This document shows, one piece after another, positions 9,770 through 21,788 of a stretch of DNA of 64,000 bases. This stretch comes from Somniosus microcephalus (lineage: Eukaryota), in the NCBI GenBank assembly GCA_052327205.1, contig CM126209.1, forward strand, positions 37,138,001 through 37,202,000, written 5' to 3'. The notes beneath the pieces were generated by a model that saw only the letters and a program-made list of their open reading frames with translations, did no database searches and was not told where the DNA came from. Position numbers and translations under genes: made by a program. Within the stretch, counting starts at the first letter, position 1; each line of letters starts with the position of its first letter.

Positions 9770-10890
9770 ATGATCGAACTGATCCTGGGCTTTATAAATA
9801 GAGGCATAGAGTACAAAATCCAGGAAGTTATTGGCCTAGAAATTCAGTTGCTTGCGCCACCAGTTTGCGCCCAAAGAGGCCACTCAGAGGCTTTAGCGCC
9901 ACTGGCCACAACCACCGCGATATTTAGCAGGGCGTTAATGGCGGCGTTAGCCTGTAGCGCTGCGCCGCCACTGATGACGTCATCGGTGTGCGCAGTGCCC
10001 CGCGCGCCATATTAGGTCGCGCCCGCCTCTTCCGCGCCGGCCGCAAATAGCGACCGGTACACAGGGGCCTACCTGTGGCGGTAGTGGGGCGAGTTAAGGT
10101 GGAGGTGCGGCCGGCCGCTTTTTCGGCGGCCGCCTGCCCGCACCTCCGTCCCCGGCCTCCTACACCGGCCCCCCGCGGCATTGCCGGCTGTTTCCTGAGA
10201 GCCCGGCACTTCTCCTTGGTGCCGGGCTCATTTGCCGGCACTCGCGAGCGGGGATCATGCTGTTGCAGGCACCTCCCCCTTAACAGTGGGAGGAAGGCCT
10301 GCAGTACCGCAGCCTGCCGTGCCGCAGCGGGTGGCGCTGCGGCACTCTGCGCGCCGATATTCAGTTTCAGCGCCCCAAGCGGGGCGCCGAAAGCCTTGTT
10401 TAACGGTCGGCTTCCATTTGGGGCGCTGAAACTGAATATCCCGATGGCGCAAGTGGCTCCGCGCGCAGCGGTAATTCCGGCGCCCAGGCGAGCTTGGCGC
10501 CCCAAACTGAATTTTTAGCCCATTGTGTCCAATTGTGGGCACCACACTTTAGGAAGGACGTGAAGGCTTTGGAGAGGGTACAGAAGAGATTTACTAGAAT
10601 GATTCTAGGGATGAGGGATTACAGTTACGTGGATAGACTGGAGAAGCTGGGGTTGTTCTTCTTAGAGCAGAGAAGGCTAAGAGGAATGCACTGCCTGATA
10701 TGGTGGTGGATACAGATTCAATAGTAGCCTTCGAAAGCGAAGGGGATAAATACTTGAAGTAGAAAGAATTGCAAGGATATGGGGAAAGAGCAGAGGGCTG
10801 GGATTAACTGGATTGCTCTGAGAGAGCTGGCGCAGACTCGATGGGCCGAATGGCCTCCTTCTGTGCTGTACTATTCTAGGATTCTATGAA
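9770..10890 (+). mobile_element. CR1 LINE 3' fragment interrupted by a MITE and internally deleted
   Basis: ILGFINRGIEYK before the insertion; HCVQLWAPHFRKDVKALERVQKRFTRMI after it; 3' tail gggccgaatggcctccttctgtgctgta...ttctatg. Confidence 0.88.
9833..10521. mobile_element. GC/CpG-rich PIF/Harbinger-type MITE
   Basis: ATT|GGCCTAGAAATTCAGTT ... AACTGAATTTTTAGCCC|ATT: 17-bp TIR with 2 mismatches and 3-bp TSD; related to 12695-13373 in opposite orientation. Confidence 0.85.
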
Positions 10891-11797
10891 TTACACTACA
10901 TTTTAGAACTATTAAAAAGGTAAAATATATTCATCACGTTGGCACTACCTTCATGTGAAAAATATTACTGTATCAAATGTTCAATCTATATAGGTTTAAG
11001 CACATGTAGATTTACTGATTGCAATAATATAATTTTATTTTATTAAATGTTTTTAACATTGGAAGTACTTTGAATATTACTAACTGTCTAGGCCAACAAT
11101 ATGGACCTTATCCCTTTAAGAGGTGTGTTTGGTATAGGCCGCCAGCTCAAGCCTCTTCACCACTTAAACCCCATTGTCTTTCCTATCATGTCAATCACCC
11201 TCTGGAAAAAAGAGATTTAATTTTACTAAACAATGTGCAATAAAAATCTACTGCAATAATAATCTTACTGATTACTCATTTTATCCAGGATATGGCACAT
11301 GTTTAAGTGACAGGTTGAGGCACTTCTCTCACCAAAATAAAAAAAAGTCAGTTCAATCTCGCTTTCTAGAAATAAAATGGCAAGGAGGCAGAAAAACTAT
11401 CCAAGAACTTATTTGTTTCCAGAGTTCTAGTAAAAATCTGGAATTCTGAAGCAAAAGAAAGAAAATCTGAATCTCCCGCCAAATCTAGGGATGATTTAGA
11501 ATTAAAATGTTTAGGTAGTTCAAAGCTGGATGCTAACTAAAGGAACTGCCAAAAAATAATAAATTGAGGCCTTAACAAAAAAAACCTGTCAGGCTTCATT
11601 TTTTCATTTTGCACCAACAATTTTGATTCAAATTATTTGCTAATTTTACAACCCAAGTTTTAGTTTTTAATTACTTGTCATTTTTACGGTTTCTCCACAT
11701 TCTGTACTATTTCTTGGCCAAGACACCTACTCCCAGATGCCTCCGTCAATACTGCTTTTGAGCTGGTTGGTTGGTAAAGAGATGTGTGAACGCAGCA

Positions 11798-11959
11798 GGG
11801 GGTAATTCATCCTCATTCTCTAGATATATCTAGGGTTCTGGTTTGTAGTGTTTCAGGGGAGTCAATGGAAAGTAAAATCGGGGTCGGCGGGAGGTGTAAA
11901 ATGGCAGTCGATCTGATCGCAGCAGTTTCCCGCCGGGCGGGTTAGGTCAAAATTACCCT
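11798..11959. mobile_element. Short fold-back MITE
   Basis: ggggtaatt ... aattaccc termini and central gtcaatggaa motif shared with 42579-42722. Confidence 0.55.
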
Positions 11960-12290
11960 GCCAAGTGTCAGCATTTACTTTTCACTTGCACCAAATTCAA
12001 TGCACAATTTAAAAAGTATAAACGGAGTAAAATAAAGTGAAAACCACAACCCTATTTATCAGCCGCCCATTCTACATCCTCGAGGAGCGGGGCCTTCAAA
12101 GAGGGCTGTGGAGGAGTCAGGAATCCCATGGACTTGAACTAGAATTCTATTTTTTGACTTAACTTTTATTCGCTGAATCAGCTGTTATTCTGCTCATCCC
12201 TCATATCAGAATGAAAAATCTATGACAATTTATTAATAATGCAAGAATTACATGCAATGTTGGAGTTAGTCTTTTACTGTTAATGAAGAA

Positions 12291-14354
12291 TCGGTAGTGG
12301 GGAAAATGCTAGAGTCCATTATAAAAGATGTAATAGCAGAGCACTTGGAAAGCAGTGACAGGATCGGACAAAGTCAACATGGATTTACAAAAGGTAAATC
12401 ATGCTTGACTAATCTACTGGAATTTTTTGAGGATGTAACTGGTAAAATAGATAGGGGAGAACCAGTGGATGTGGTGTATTTGGACTTTCAGAAGGCTTTC
12501 GATAAGGTCCCACAGAAGAGATTAGCGTGCAAAATTAAGGCACATGGGATTGGGGGCAAGGTATTGACTTGGATAGAGAACTGGTTGGCGGACAGAAGGC
12601 AAAGAGTTGGAATAAACAGGTCGCTTTCCGAGTGGCAGGCAGTGCCTAGTGGGGTACCGCAAGGATCGGTCCTAGGACCCCAGCTGTTCACAATGGCCTA
12701 GAAATTCAGTAAGGCCCCGCCAGGTCTTTAGCGCCCGAAATTTAGCGCTCGCCCGGATTCCCGTAGCGCCCGCCTGAAATTCAGTTGCGACGGGCCAAGA
12801 CGGAGGCGGGCGCTACTGCAGGGTTTGGCCGCCTCGCTTGGGGCGATGAAAGTCTATTTCAGGCGTCCAGCTGCCGCTGCGCCACCCGATGCAGTGCGGC
12901 AGGCTGGGGTACTGCAGGCCTCCTCCTTCTCTTAAGGAGGAGCTGCCTGCAGCCGTGAGATCGCCGCTGGATTCCCCCGGCAAATGAGCCCGGCACCACG
13001 GAGAAGTGCCGGGCTCGCGGGAGTCAGACAGCAATGCCGCGGGGGGGTGGTGCAGGAGTCCGGGGAGGGAGGTGCGGCCATGCGGCCGCCCCTCCACCTT
13101 TATGCGCCGGCCTCTCGGAGCTGCAAGGCCCCGTTTTTCAAACGTTGTTTGCGGCCGCTGCGGGCGAGGCGGCCGCAACTGAATTTGGCCTTCAGCAGGG
13201 AATCGCGTTGGAACCGGGGCGCTGCGCACACCGATGACGTCATCGGTGCCGGCGCAGCGCTACCGGCTAACGCCGATGTTAGGGACCAACTTAATTTCGG
13301 GCACTAAAAAACTTCAGGTGCAACCCACTCTTTCGCCCCTAAGTGGGCGCAAACGCAACTGAATTTCTAGGCCAATATATATTAATGATCTGGACAAGGG
13401 AATTGGATGTAATATCTCCAAATTTGCAGACGACACAAAGCTGGGCGGGAGGGTAAGCTGCGAGGAGGATGTCAGGAAACTCCAGTACGATTTGGACAGG
13501 TTAGGTGATTGGGCAGAAACATGCCAAATGCACTATAATGTGGATAAATGTGAGGTTATCCACTTTGGTGGCAAAAACAGGAAGGCAGATTATTATTTGA
13601 ATGGCAATAGATTGGGAGAAGGGGAAGTGGAAAGAGACCTGGGCGTCCTTGTGCACCAGTCGCTGAAGGTAAGCATGCAGGTGCAGCAGGCGGTTAAGAA
13701 GGCAAATGGTATGTTGGCCTTCGTAGCAAGAGGGTTCGAGTACAGGAACAAGGATGTCTTGCTACAGTTGTACAGGGCCTTGGTGAGACCGCACCTTGAG
13801 TATTGTGTGCAGTTTTGGTCACCTTACCTGAGGAAGGACGTTCTTGCCATGGAGGGAGTGCAGCGAAGATTCACCAGGCTGATACCTGGGATGGCAGGAA
13901 TGACGTATGAGGAGAGATTGTGTCGACTGGGCTTATACTCACTGGAGTCTAGAAGATTGAGAGGGGATCTTATCAAAACCTATAAAATTCTGTCAGGTCT
14001 GGACAGACTAGATGCAGGAAGGATGTTTCTGATGGCCGGGGAGTCCAGAACCAGGGGTCATAGTCTAAGGATAAGGGGTAAGCCATTTAGGACTGAAATG
14101 AGGAGGAATTTCTTCACCCAGAGAGTGGTGAACCTGTGGAATTCTCTGCCACAGAGGGCGGTGGAGGCTAGTTCATTAAATATATTCAAGAACGAGTTGG
14201 ATATATTTCTTAAGGCTAAAAGGATCAAGGGATATGGGGAAAAGGCAGGGACAGGGTACTGAATTTGGATGATCAGCCATGATCACATTGAATGGCGGAG
14301 CAGGCTCGAAGGGCCGAATGGCCTACTCCTGCTCCTATCTTCTATGTTTCTATG
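12291..14354 (+). mobile_element. 5'-truncated CR1 LINE (RT domain), split by a MITE
   Basis: ORFs 12297-12701 and 13492-14262 encode CR1 RT (YLDFQKAFDKV, GVPQGSVLGP, KFADDTKL); 3' UTR ends ctcctatcttctatgtttctatg. Confidence 0.96.
12695..13373. mobile_element. GC/CpG-rich PIF/Harbinger-type MITE inserted in CR1 RT
   Basis: AAT|GGCCTAGAAATTCAGT ... ACTGAATTTCTAGGCC|AAT: perfect 16-bp TIR. The 3-bp TSD is confirmed by the uninterrupted CR1 copy (ttcacaatatatattaatgat, about 20666). Confidence 0.93.
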
Positions 14355-14499
14355 CGGCTTGGGCGGGGGTGCAAAACGGGCGACAGCAAATCGGCAGCCT
14401 GTTTCACTCTCCACCCAATTTTCACTTCCATTGGAAAGACGGGCTGCCAATTCACTATCACCCATTTACCGCTACCGTACAAGGTGAATTTATACCCCA
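14355..14499. mobile_element. Short fold-back MITE remnant abutting the CR1 tail
   Basis: aaaacgggcgacagcaaatcggcagcctg vs cgggctgccaattcactatcacccattt inverted arms; resembles 27094-27248. Confidence 0.5.
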
Positions 14500-15364
14500 T
14501 TTATTTTTTAAATGGGGTGGGGGGAATGATTGATCACTTTAACCCCAAACACTAGGAAACCTAAATGCACGATATAACAGGCGGTAAAGTTCGGAGTTCA
14601 CACGCTGTCATTTTTTGGCTTTTGCCCGTTCTAGGCTGGCTGGCAATGCACAGCACTGGTCTGGTACAATCAGTCTGATGTGAAGGACGTACACCTCTTA
14701 ATGACTAATCTTTGAGCAGGTGGCAGGCAAGGAGAAGTTAACGGCCCAATCCTGTTGCTGAGGGAGGAAGTGTAAAGAGGTTTTCAATAATAAAAAATGA
14801 TGGATACCACATTTTAGAGATTCATGTCGGCTTGAAGATCATTTTGAGACACCATCAAGGTCAAGCTGACCTGACTAACGTTATATTCAGACATCATTAG
14901 AGAGTCTGGAACGTCTGTGGTCACACTAACCTGTACATGACTAATATCTGTGGTCATTTTAGTCATAAATAAAAATACAGTTCTGCATCTTAACCAGCAT
15001 TCTCAAGTGCTTTCAGTCTGTACAACTGTAACTAGTTAAACAACATGCAATAACTTATTTTACTTTTGTAATGTAACATTATAACATCTTAATTTCTCTG
15101 GAGTATAATTTTTTTTGTTAATAAATTTAATAAAGATTTTAGGGCAAGGTACCCACAATGGAGCCATTACTAAGGCTGTCCTTGTTCCACATATCACTAG
15201 CTCAGCCTCAGAATTAAGAGAGTGCAGCTTGCTGACATGTTAAGAGCAAAATGATGGACCTGGTAGAGTAGCAGCTTTCCTTTGTTTTTTTAGAAAATAT
15301 ATAAATAAAAGCACAAAAAAAACAAAATCTTCATTTATTTTCACCCTGTGGTAAAATCACAATA

Positions 15365-16082
15365 CAGGTAGACTATCCTTTATCCGAAAACCTTGGGACC
15401 AGCTGTGTTTCGGTTTTCGGAATTTTTCAGATTTCAGAAGATTTTCATCTCCGTATCTGACAACAAACACTGTTGCTTAGCAACAGCTTGTAAACACTCG
15501 GGCCCTGCCTTGGAAGCGTCTCTGAAGCTGTTGCTAAGCTACAGAGACTCTTTCCATAGCCTGTTTAAAAAAATGCTAGGGGAAGAAAAAAAATGCTAGG
15601 GGAAGAAAAAAAAACCTAACAAAACGGCTGCTGATTTCTGCCATTAGATCGAGGTTTCCGGCTCCCCCTGCTCCGTATCTGAATTCCTTGACTTAGCGGG
15701 GGTCTGGGGCTCGACTGCCGCCACCAGTTGTGGGAAAGCCGGATATCGGCTGACTCCTACACTAAGCTGGCCCGCAAATCAGGTTGGGGGGGGGGGGGGG
15801 GGGGTAAGAAAAGACTATCGGACAGGTTGCTGCAGCTATCGGACGGGCCGCTGTATTGTTGGGTTCACCCTCCTTCACACTGCCCGGCTCGGCCTGCAAT
15901 CTCCTACCCAGGAGGGAATTCTGTGACCCTCTGCCCTGCTCACAGGGAAAGGCAGCGCTCCCGGACCACTCCTGTCATGTTTGGCGCCACTTGGGTCATG
16001 TCGTGCGCACGACTTACGCGCCACGAAATTTTTTTCGGCTTTGAGAGGTTGTCGGAAGTGCGGATAAAGGATAGTCTACCTG
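15365..16082. mobile_element. Tc1/mariner (Tigger/pogo-type) MITE
   Basis: TA|CAGGTAGACTATCCTTTATCCG ... CGGATAAAGGATAGTCTACCTG|TA: perfect 22-bp TIR and TA TSD; contains a short tandem duplication (aaaatgctaggggaag x2) and a poly-G run. Confidence 0.93.
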
Positions 16083-18119
16083 TAGTAATTATACTGCAAA
16101 CAAACTCATCTTAGCAGAATGACCAATTTAAATTGGTCTTTTAAAATGAGGAGGTATAAAAAAAAGTCTCCTCTCTATCTGTACAATCTGCACTCTAGAT
16201 AAGCTATATAATGTATATTTCTACTTTTCGTCAAAAAGTGCACTGTATAGCAAAAACATTCCAGAGAATTAAACCAAGCTGAATGCAAATAATCAATGTG
16301 ACTTCAGATTAAATTCACAAAGGCAGTGTGGAATGAAGTTTATCCTCACAGTGTAAAGCCTAAGGCTTCAAAACAGGTACTGTATAAGGAAAGGAGCAGA
16401 AGATGAGGTTAGATATTGTAAATCAGTGAGGTTAAAAATAATAAGCTGAATTTTCATCAAAATGTGTCAACTCCCCTGCCTGCGTCTTCAAATTACTATT
16501 TGGATATTAGAGCAAGGCCCTTGTCAGAGAACATTAAAGTAGAAGAGCTCTCTGCAAGTCAATTTGCATAATTATTGCTTATAGCTATGCAACCGCAGGC
16601 AGTGCCAGGTGTAAATCACATACCTTCAGTTGTCAGTGGATTTAATAAAGACTCTTTATTCACCTCCCAACAAACTGGCTGAGAGCAAGTTGTGGTGTAG
16701 ATTCCTTTGTGCTTTGGTCCTAGTCTCTTCTTGTTTTAGGCCCCATGCTCTGAGGTAAATATGTCAAACTCAGGCTCATTACTGTCAGGATTTAGTCAAC
16801 AACTATATATTGGCCTGTCAGAACTGCATGTTGGGGCCACTCAGCAGTGCGCCATTTAGAAATTCCCAGACACTAGCAACGTATAAGTACAGGTATGTAC
16901 ATTTGCCTAAGAGAGTGCCATTTTCCCCCAATCCCCAAGGGCTAAGTTTTAAGTATTCTCATAACAAAGTTAAGGTACTGTTAAAATAATTACTCAGTAC
17001 TAAGCTCAAATGGGACTGATATGCATTTTTAGTGGAAAAAGGTGAACCAACTATCTAGAAGAGCAAACTCAGTTTAAAAGCAAAACTTTGCCTTATGGGA
17101 TTAACTATAATAGGGTGAAGTAAAACAGAGCTGACCCAAAAGGGGTTTTACACAAAAGTCTACGCAATGTGTAGTGCCTTGACTAGTCATGTACATCAGC
17201 CTTTAATTAAAAAGGCCTTTGCGACTATAAACTCTGCTTAATGCTATGGCAGACACATTTTTTTTGAACTCACCCAATAAATGTGACAATTTAACATTTT
17301 AATGAAAAAGCAAAAAAAAAATGTATACTTAGAAGGAAAATGCTTGGATTAAAGTTTTACTAGCTTCAGTATTAAATTGCAAATGGGATTTCGAAGCATA
17401 AAGACACTGGTCTGATAATACTTTGCAAAGCTCAAAGTATATGGTCTGGTCTTAAGACTGGTGGCTAAAAAACAATAAAATATTTTTCCTCTTATCAAAA
17501 TTTCTTATAACCTACCATCCCATGAACTGCTCATGGCTAAATTTCCTGTTCATCAAGAGCTAAATTACCACTTCTTCCAGAGGTGAAGCTAAGCTGAAAA
17601 CCTGTAAGTGAGACAGTCGACAGCAGTCCTTCAGCTTCCCACTCTAATGGCCTCCAAATGACTCATCACACATTAAGGAGAAAAAGGACAGAGAAACAAT
17701 CTCTGTTGTTCACGGTGCTTTAGTGCCAGGGGCCTACTGAGAACTATATTAAAATTTCAGGTACTAGGATAATTATTTTAATTTTAATTATAGTCATTTT
17801 TTCACCAAACAATACACAGTGCTTTGGAATCTCATCCAACAAGTTAACAAAATAGTTTATACTTATTACATCTCATATGTCAGACCTGCTAGGCAATTTC
17901 TTGGTTGACACTGGATGCTTACAATTATTCTCTATCAAAACAGAATAGCTTGATTTCTGCACCAGCCTGTTCATTCTGCCAAGCTATCTTACATTTTTGA
18001 AAAGTGTATTTGGTGAAAACATTATGCATCACAAGTATACCACAAATGGAGGACAAAGACTTTGAAGGGAGTGACAGACTCATCGCTTACAATATCTGGA
18101 AAATGTAGCCAAGCAATTA

Positions 18120-18905
18120 TGAGAGCAAGCAGAGTGCGGGGATATATAGATAGAAATTAGAGCACAAGCCTCTAGAGGTTACGCTGCTGTTTTACAAAGC
18201 ACAGGTCAGCTCACAACTGCAGTACTCAAACCTGGTCCCCCGTCCAGGAAACATATACAGGAAACTCTCTTTTAACCAGCACCTAAATAACCAGAAATCT
18301 CTCTTAACCAGCAAAATTCAGGAGTAGGTTCAGGTAAGTTTTACTTTATATTAGTGGCCGTGTAACCGGGGTTCCTGGCTCTGTGGCCGTGTACGGGGCT
18401 CTCGTACCTTAGTAAGTATAGCTCTCTGTAATCCGGACTTTTTGATCAACCGGCACCACGCCAGTCCCGGATAAAAAAAAAAGAGTTTCCTGTACAAACA
18501 TCGGAGGGGCAGAGGAAGAGAATAGCAACAAGACTGATCTCAAGTGTAGAGGGACAGAGTTATGAGGAAACATTAGAGAAACTCAAATTTGTCAGTAAAG
18601 GCAGAATATGGCTCAAGGTGTATAAAATATTGAAGAGTACAGATTAACTAAACTGAATTTTATTTCAAATTAAGGCGGAGAAGTAGGACCAAAGAATTTA
18701 AATGAAATTAGAGAGAAATACGCTTAAAATAGATGTTAGGAAACAATTTTTCTTGTAGGGCGTTAACATTTTGGAATAATCTTCAAAAACATGATGTTCA
18801 AAACGTGAGTGAATGCTGTAATGGAAGAGCTAGGGTGTTATAGGGATGAATTTTGATGGCTGAATGGCCTATTAACATCCTTGACTTTTCTTATGTTTAT
18901 GATTT
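18120..18905 (+). mobile_element. Old, highly degraded CR1 3' fragment
   Basis: Residual CR1 motifs (gcaacaagactgat...agttatgaggaaacattagagaaact; gatgttaggaaacaattttt; gatggctgaatggcct) on both sides of the MITE at 18258. Confidence 0.55.
18258..18492. mobile_element. Tc1/mariner-type MITE
   Basis: TA|CAGGAAACTCT ... AGAGTTTCCTG|TA; TIR related to 3133-3461. Confidence 0.8.
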
Positions 18906-20109
18906 CCTCCATTTTAAAAAGTGTTAATTGTACAATGGCCTAGCAGCTTCTGTGATAGAAAACTGGAGCAGATGTTTAAATTCCAGCCGCCAATGACCTA
19001 TGAAATCATCTGCTCTAATTGGGCATATTATACCAGTTCATTCCACAGTTACTAGATACAGAAACTGAACAGGAAGGAGTTCTGGACATTCTTAAATGGT
19101 GCACCAGCATCTGAAATGTATTCAAACATTGTTAAACAAATGTAAACAATTAGCTCACCCCTCCCTTCAACACAACCTGAAATGTCACAGAGGAATAAGT
19201 AGTTCTACAACTATACATTGCATCACTTTCTAATTAAAAAGTTGAGTTATGAAATTCACATCAAAACTGAAGAACTTATTAATAACCATCATACCGAGGA
19301 GCATGTGATCACTACATTTCATTTGGCTGAGCCTTTGGAATCTAGTTTTTAACCTACAGTTGACATGTTCAATTTCCAATAAGTACTTTTTGTGCCAGCA
19401 TTGTGCCTGGAATCTTTTTTAAAAATTTAATGTAAAACAATGACCATCAAATTAAAATCTCTATCAAAACAACCAAACTGGTTCAATTTTTTAGATGGTG
19501 ATTAGTAAAAAAAAAAAAATTGACTTTTCTGCACTTGTAGCTAGCAGTTCAAAAGTGATGTATGTACTGTATGAAGAATCATTGCTCATTAAGTATTACG
19601 TCATCTAATCAAGATTTGATCAGTACTTGATTTGCTGCCAAAGACAACTTAAAATTTGGAATTTTAATAATTATGCCAACAGTGAACATTAAATCAAAAA
19701 TGACAAGGCAGGCAAAACAGCTTCAGGGGAAGGAGTGAAATGAGATTGAACTTCTTTGACCAGATACCAGAACTATTAGAATCTTAATAGATTTCTCTAC
19801 TATTCCCTACTTTTAATGCTCCCTGGATTTTCTCTCCAACTTTGCTGCTCAATAGCCACACAAGTCTTTCACCAAAGGCAGCCAGTTTCCAATCTGTAGA
19901 CTTCTCCCTGGCTATTACCAACACCACTTTGTAATCCAGCAAGTTAACCTGCACCAAATCTACAATGTCCCTCATCCCAGCAACCCCCCCGCACCACTTT
20001 CTCACTTTAAGAGTGGCTCTCCTCCAGATTGGCATTCCATTAGCAGCCTGGAAATAACTACCAGAATTCACCCAAGCAGAAACTGTTGGGAGTGATGGTG
20101 AAACTGTAG

Positions 20110-21568
20110 GAAGTGGCCCGAGAAATAGTAGATGCATTGCTGATCATCTTCCAACATTCAATGGAATCTGGAACAGTACCCATGGATTGGAGGGTAGCTA
20201 ATGTTACCCCACTATTCAAAAAAGGTGGTAGAGGGAAAATGGGGAATTACAGACCGGTAAGCCTGACATCTGTAGTGGGGAAAATGCTAGAGTCTATCAT
20301 AAAAGATGTAACAGCAGAGCACTTGGAAAACAGTGACAGGATCGGACAAAGTCGACATGGATTTACAAAGGGTAAATCGTGCTTGACTAATCTACTGGAA
20401 TTTTTTGAGGATGTAACTGGTAAAACAGATAAGGGAGAACCAGTGGATGTGGTGTATTTGGACTTTCAGAAGGCTTTCGATAAGGTCCCGCATAAGAGAT
20501 TAGCGTGTAAAGTTATGGCACATGAGATTGGGGGCAAGGTACTGACTTGGATAGAAAACTGGTTGGCAGATAGAAAGCAAAGAGTTGGAATAAACGGGTC
20601 TTTTTCCGAGTGGCAGGCAGTGACTAGTGGGGTACCGCAGGGATCGGTCCTTGGACCCCAGCTATTCACAATATATATTAATGATCTAGACAAGGGAACT
20701 AGATGTAATATCTCCAAATTTGCAGACGACACAAAGCTGGGTGGGCGTGTGTGCTGTGAGGAGGATGCCGAGAAACTCCAGGATGATTTGGACAGGTTGG
20801 GTGATTGGGCAGAAGCATGGCAGATGCAATATAACGTGGATAAATGTGAGGTTATCCACTTTGGTAGCAAAAACAGGAAGGCAGATTATTATCTGAATGG
20901 CAATAGACTGGGAGAAGGGGAAGTGCAGCGAGACCTGGGTGTCCTTGTGCACCAGTCGCTGAAGGTAAGCATGCAGGTGCAGCAGGCGGTTAAGAAGGCA
21001 AATGGTATGTTGGCCTTCGTAGCGAGAAGGTTTGAGTACAGGAACAAGGATGTCTTGCTGCAGTTGTACAGGGCCTTGGTGAGACCATACCTTGAGTATT
21101 GTGTGCAGTTTTGGTCGCCTTATCTGAGGAAGGATGTTCTTGCCATGGAAGGAGTTCAGCGAAGATTCACCAGGCTGATACCTGGGATGGCAGGAATGAC
21201 GGATGGAGAGAGATTGGGTCGATTGGGCTTGTACTCGCTGGAGTTTAGAAGAATGAGAGGGGATCTCATTGAAACTTATAAAATTCTGACAGGACTGGAC
21301 AGACTAGATGCAGGAAGAATGTTCCCGATGGTCGGGGAGTCCAGAACCAGGGGTCACAGTCTAAGGAGTAAGCCATTTAGGACAGAAATGTGGAGGAATT
21401 TCTTCACCCAGAAAGTCAAGGCTAAAGGGATCAAGGGGTATGGGGAGAAAACAGGGACCGGTTACTGAATTTGGATGATCAGCCATGATCGCATTGAATG
21501 GCGGAGCAGGCTCGAGGGGCCGAATGGCCTACTCCTGCTCCTATCTTCTATGTTCTATGTTTCTATGA
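20110..21568 (+). mobile_element. 5'-truncated CR1 LINE with uninterrupted 451-aa RT ORF
   Basis: ORF 20113-21468: NYRPVSLTS, YLDFQKAFDKVPH, GVPQGSVLGP, KFADDTKL; deletion near 21416; (ttctatgt)n tail. Confidence 0.97.
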
Positions 21569-21788
21569 ACTTGCAACCTGGTTGAGAGCTGAAATCATCT
21601 CCCTCTTAAGCTACTGGACAGGCTTGTTCCTCAACTTTGAACAATGTACATTCCTATATATGCTGCTATTTATAAGAGCGAGAGAGAGAGAGAGATTTAA
21701 ATATGCAGTCCATCTCCATTACACTGTTGTAAGCTGCTTGGAACACCAGCATATCTCTACCAGTTCACTCATTCAAAAGCCTTCATGG

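Noticed and set aside
9924-13307. Long Ala/Arg/Pro-rich ORFs on both strands (e.g. 9924-10505, 10075-10518, 12813-13229)
   Set aside because: They fall inside GC-rich MITEs, where stop codons are rare, and show no transposase or other domain motifs.
15785-15805. Poly-G runs (also about 28776 and 43339) as functional G-quadruplexes
   Set aside because: Homopolymers mostly inside repeats, with unreliable length and no supporting context.
19784-20137. 117-aa minus-strand ORF and other short ORFs (e.g. 29619-30026, 44581-44991) as nested genes
   Set aside because: No domain similarity or splice support; expected by chance in 64 kb.
20113-21468. 451-aa reverse transcriptase as a domesticated gene or retron-like system
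   Set aside because: It is a plain 5'-truncated CR1 ORF2 with near-identical neighbours, a CR1 3' tail and a deletion.
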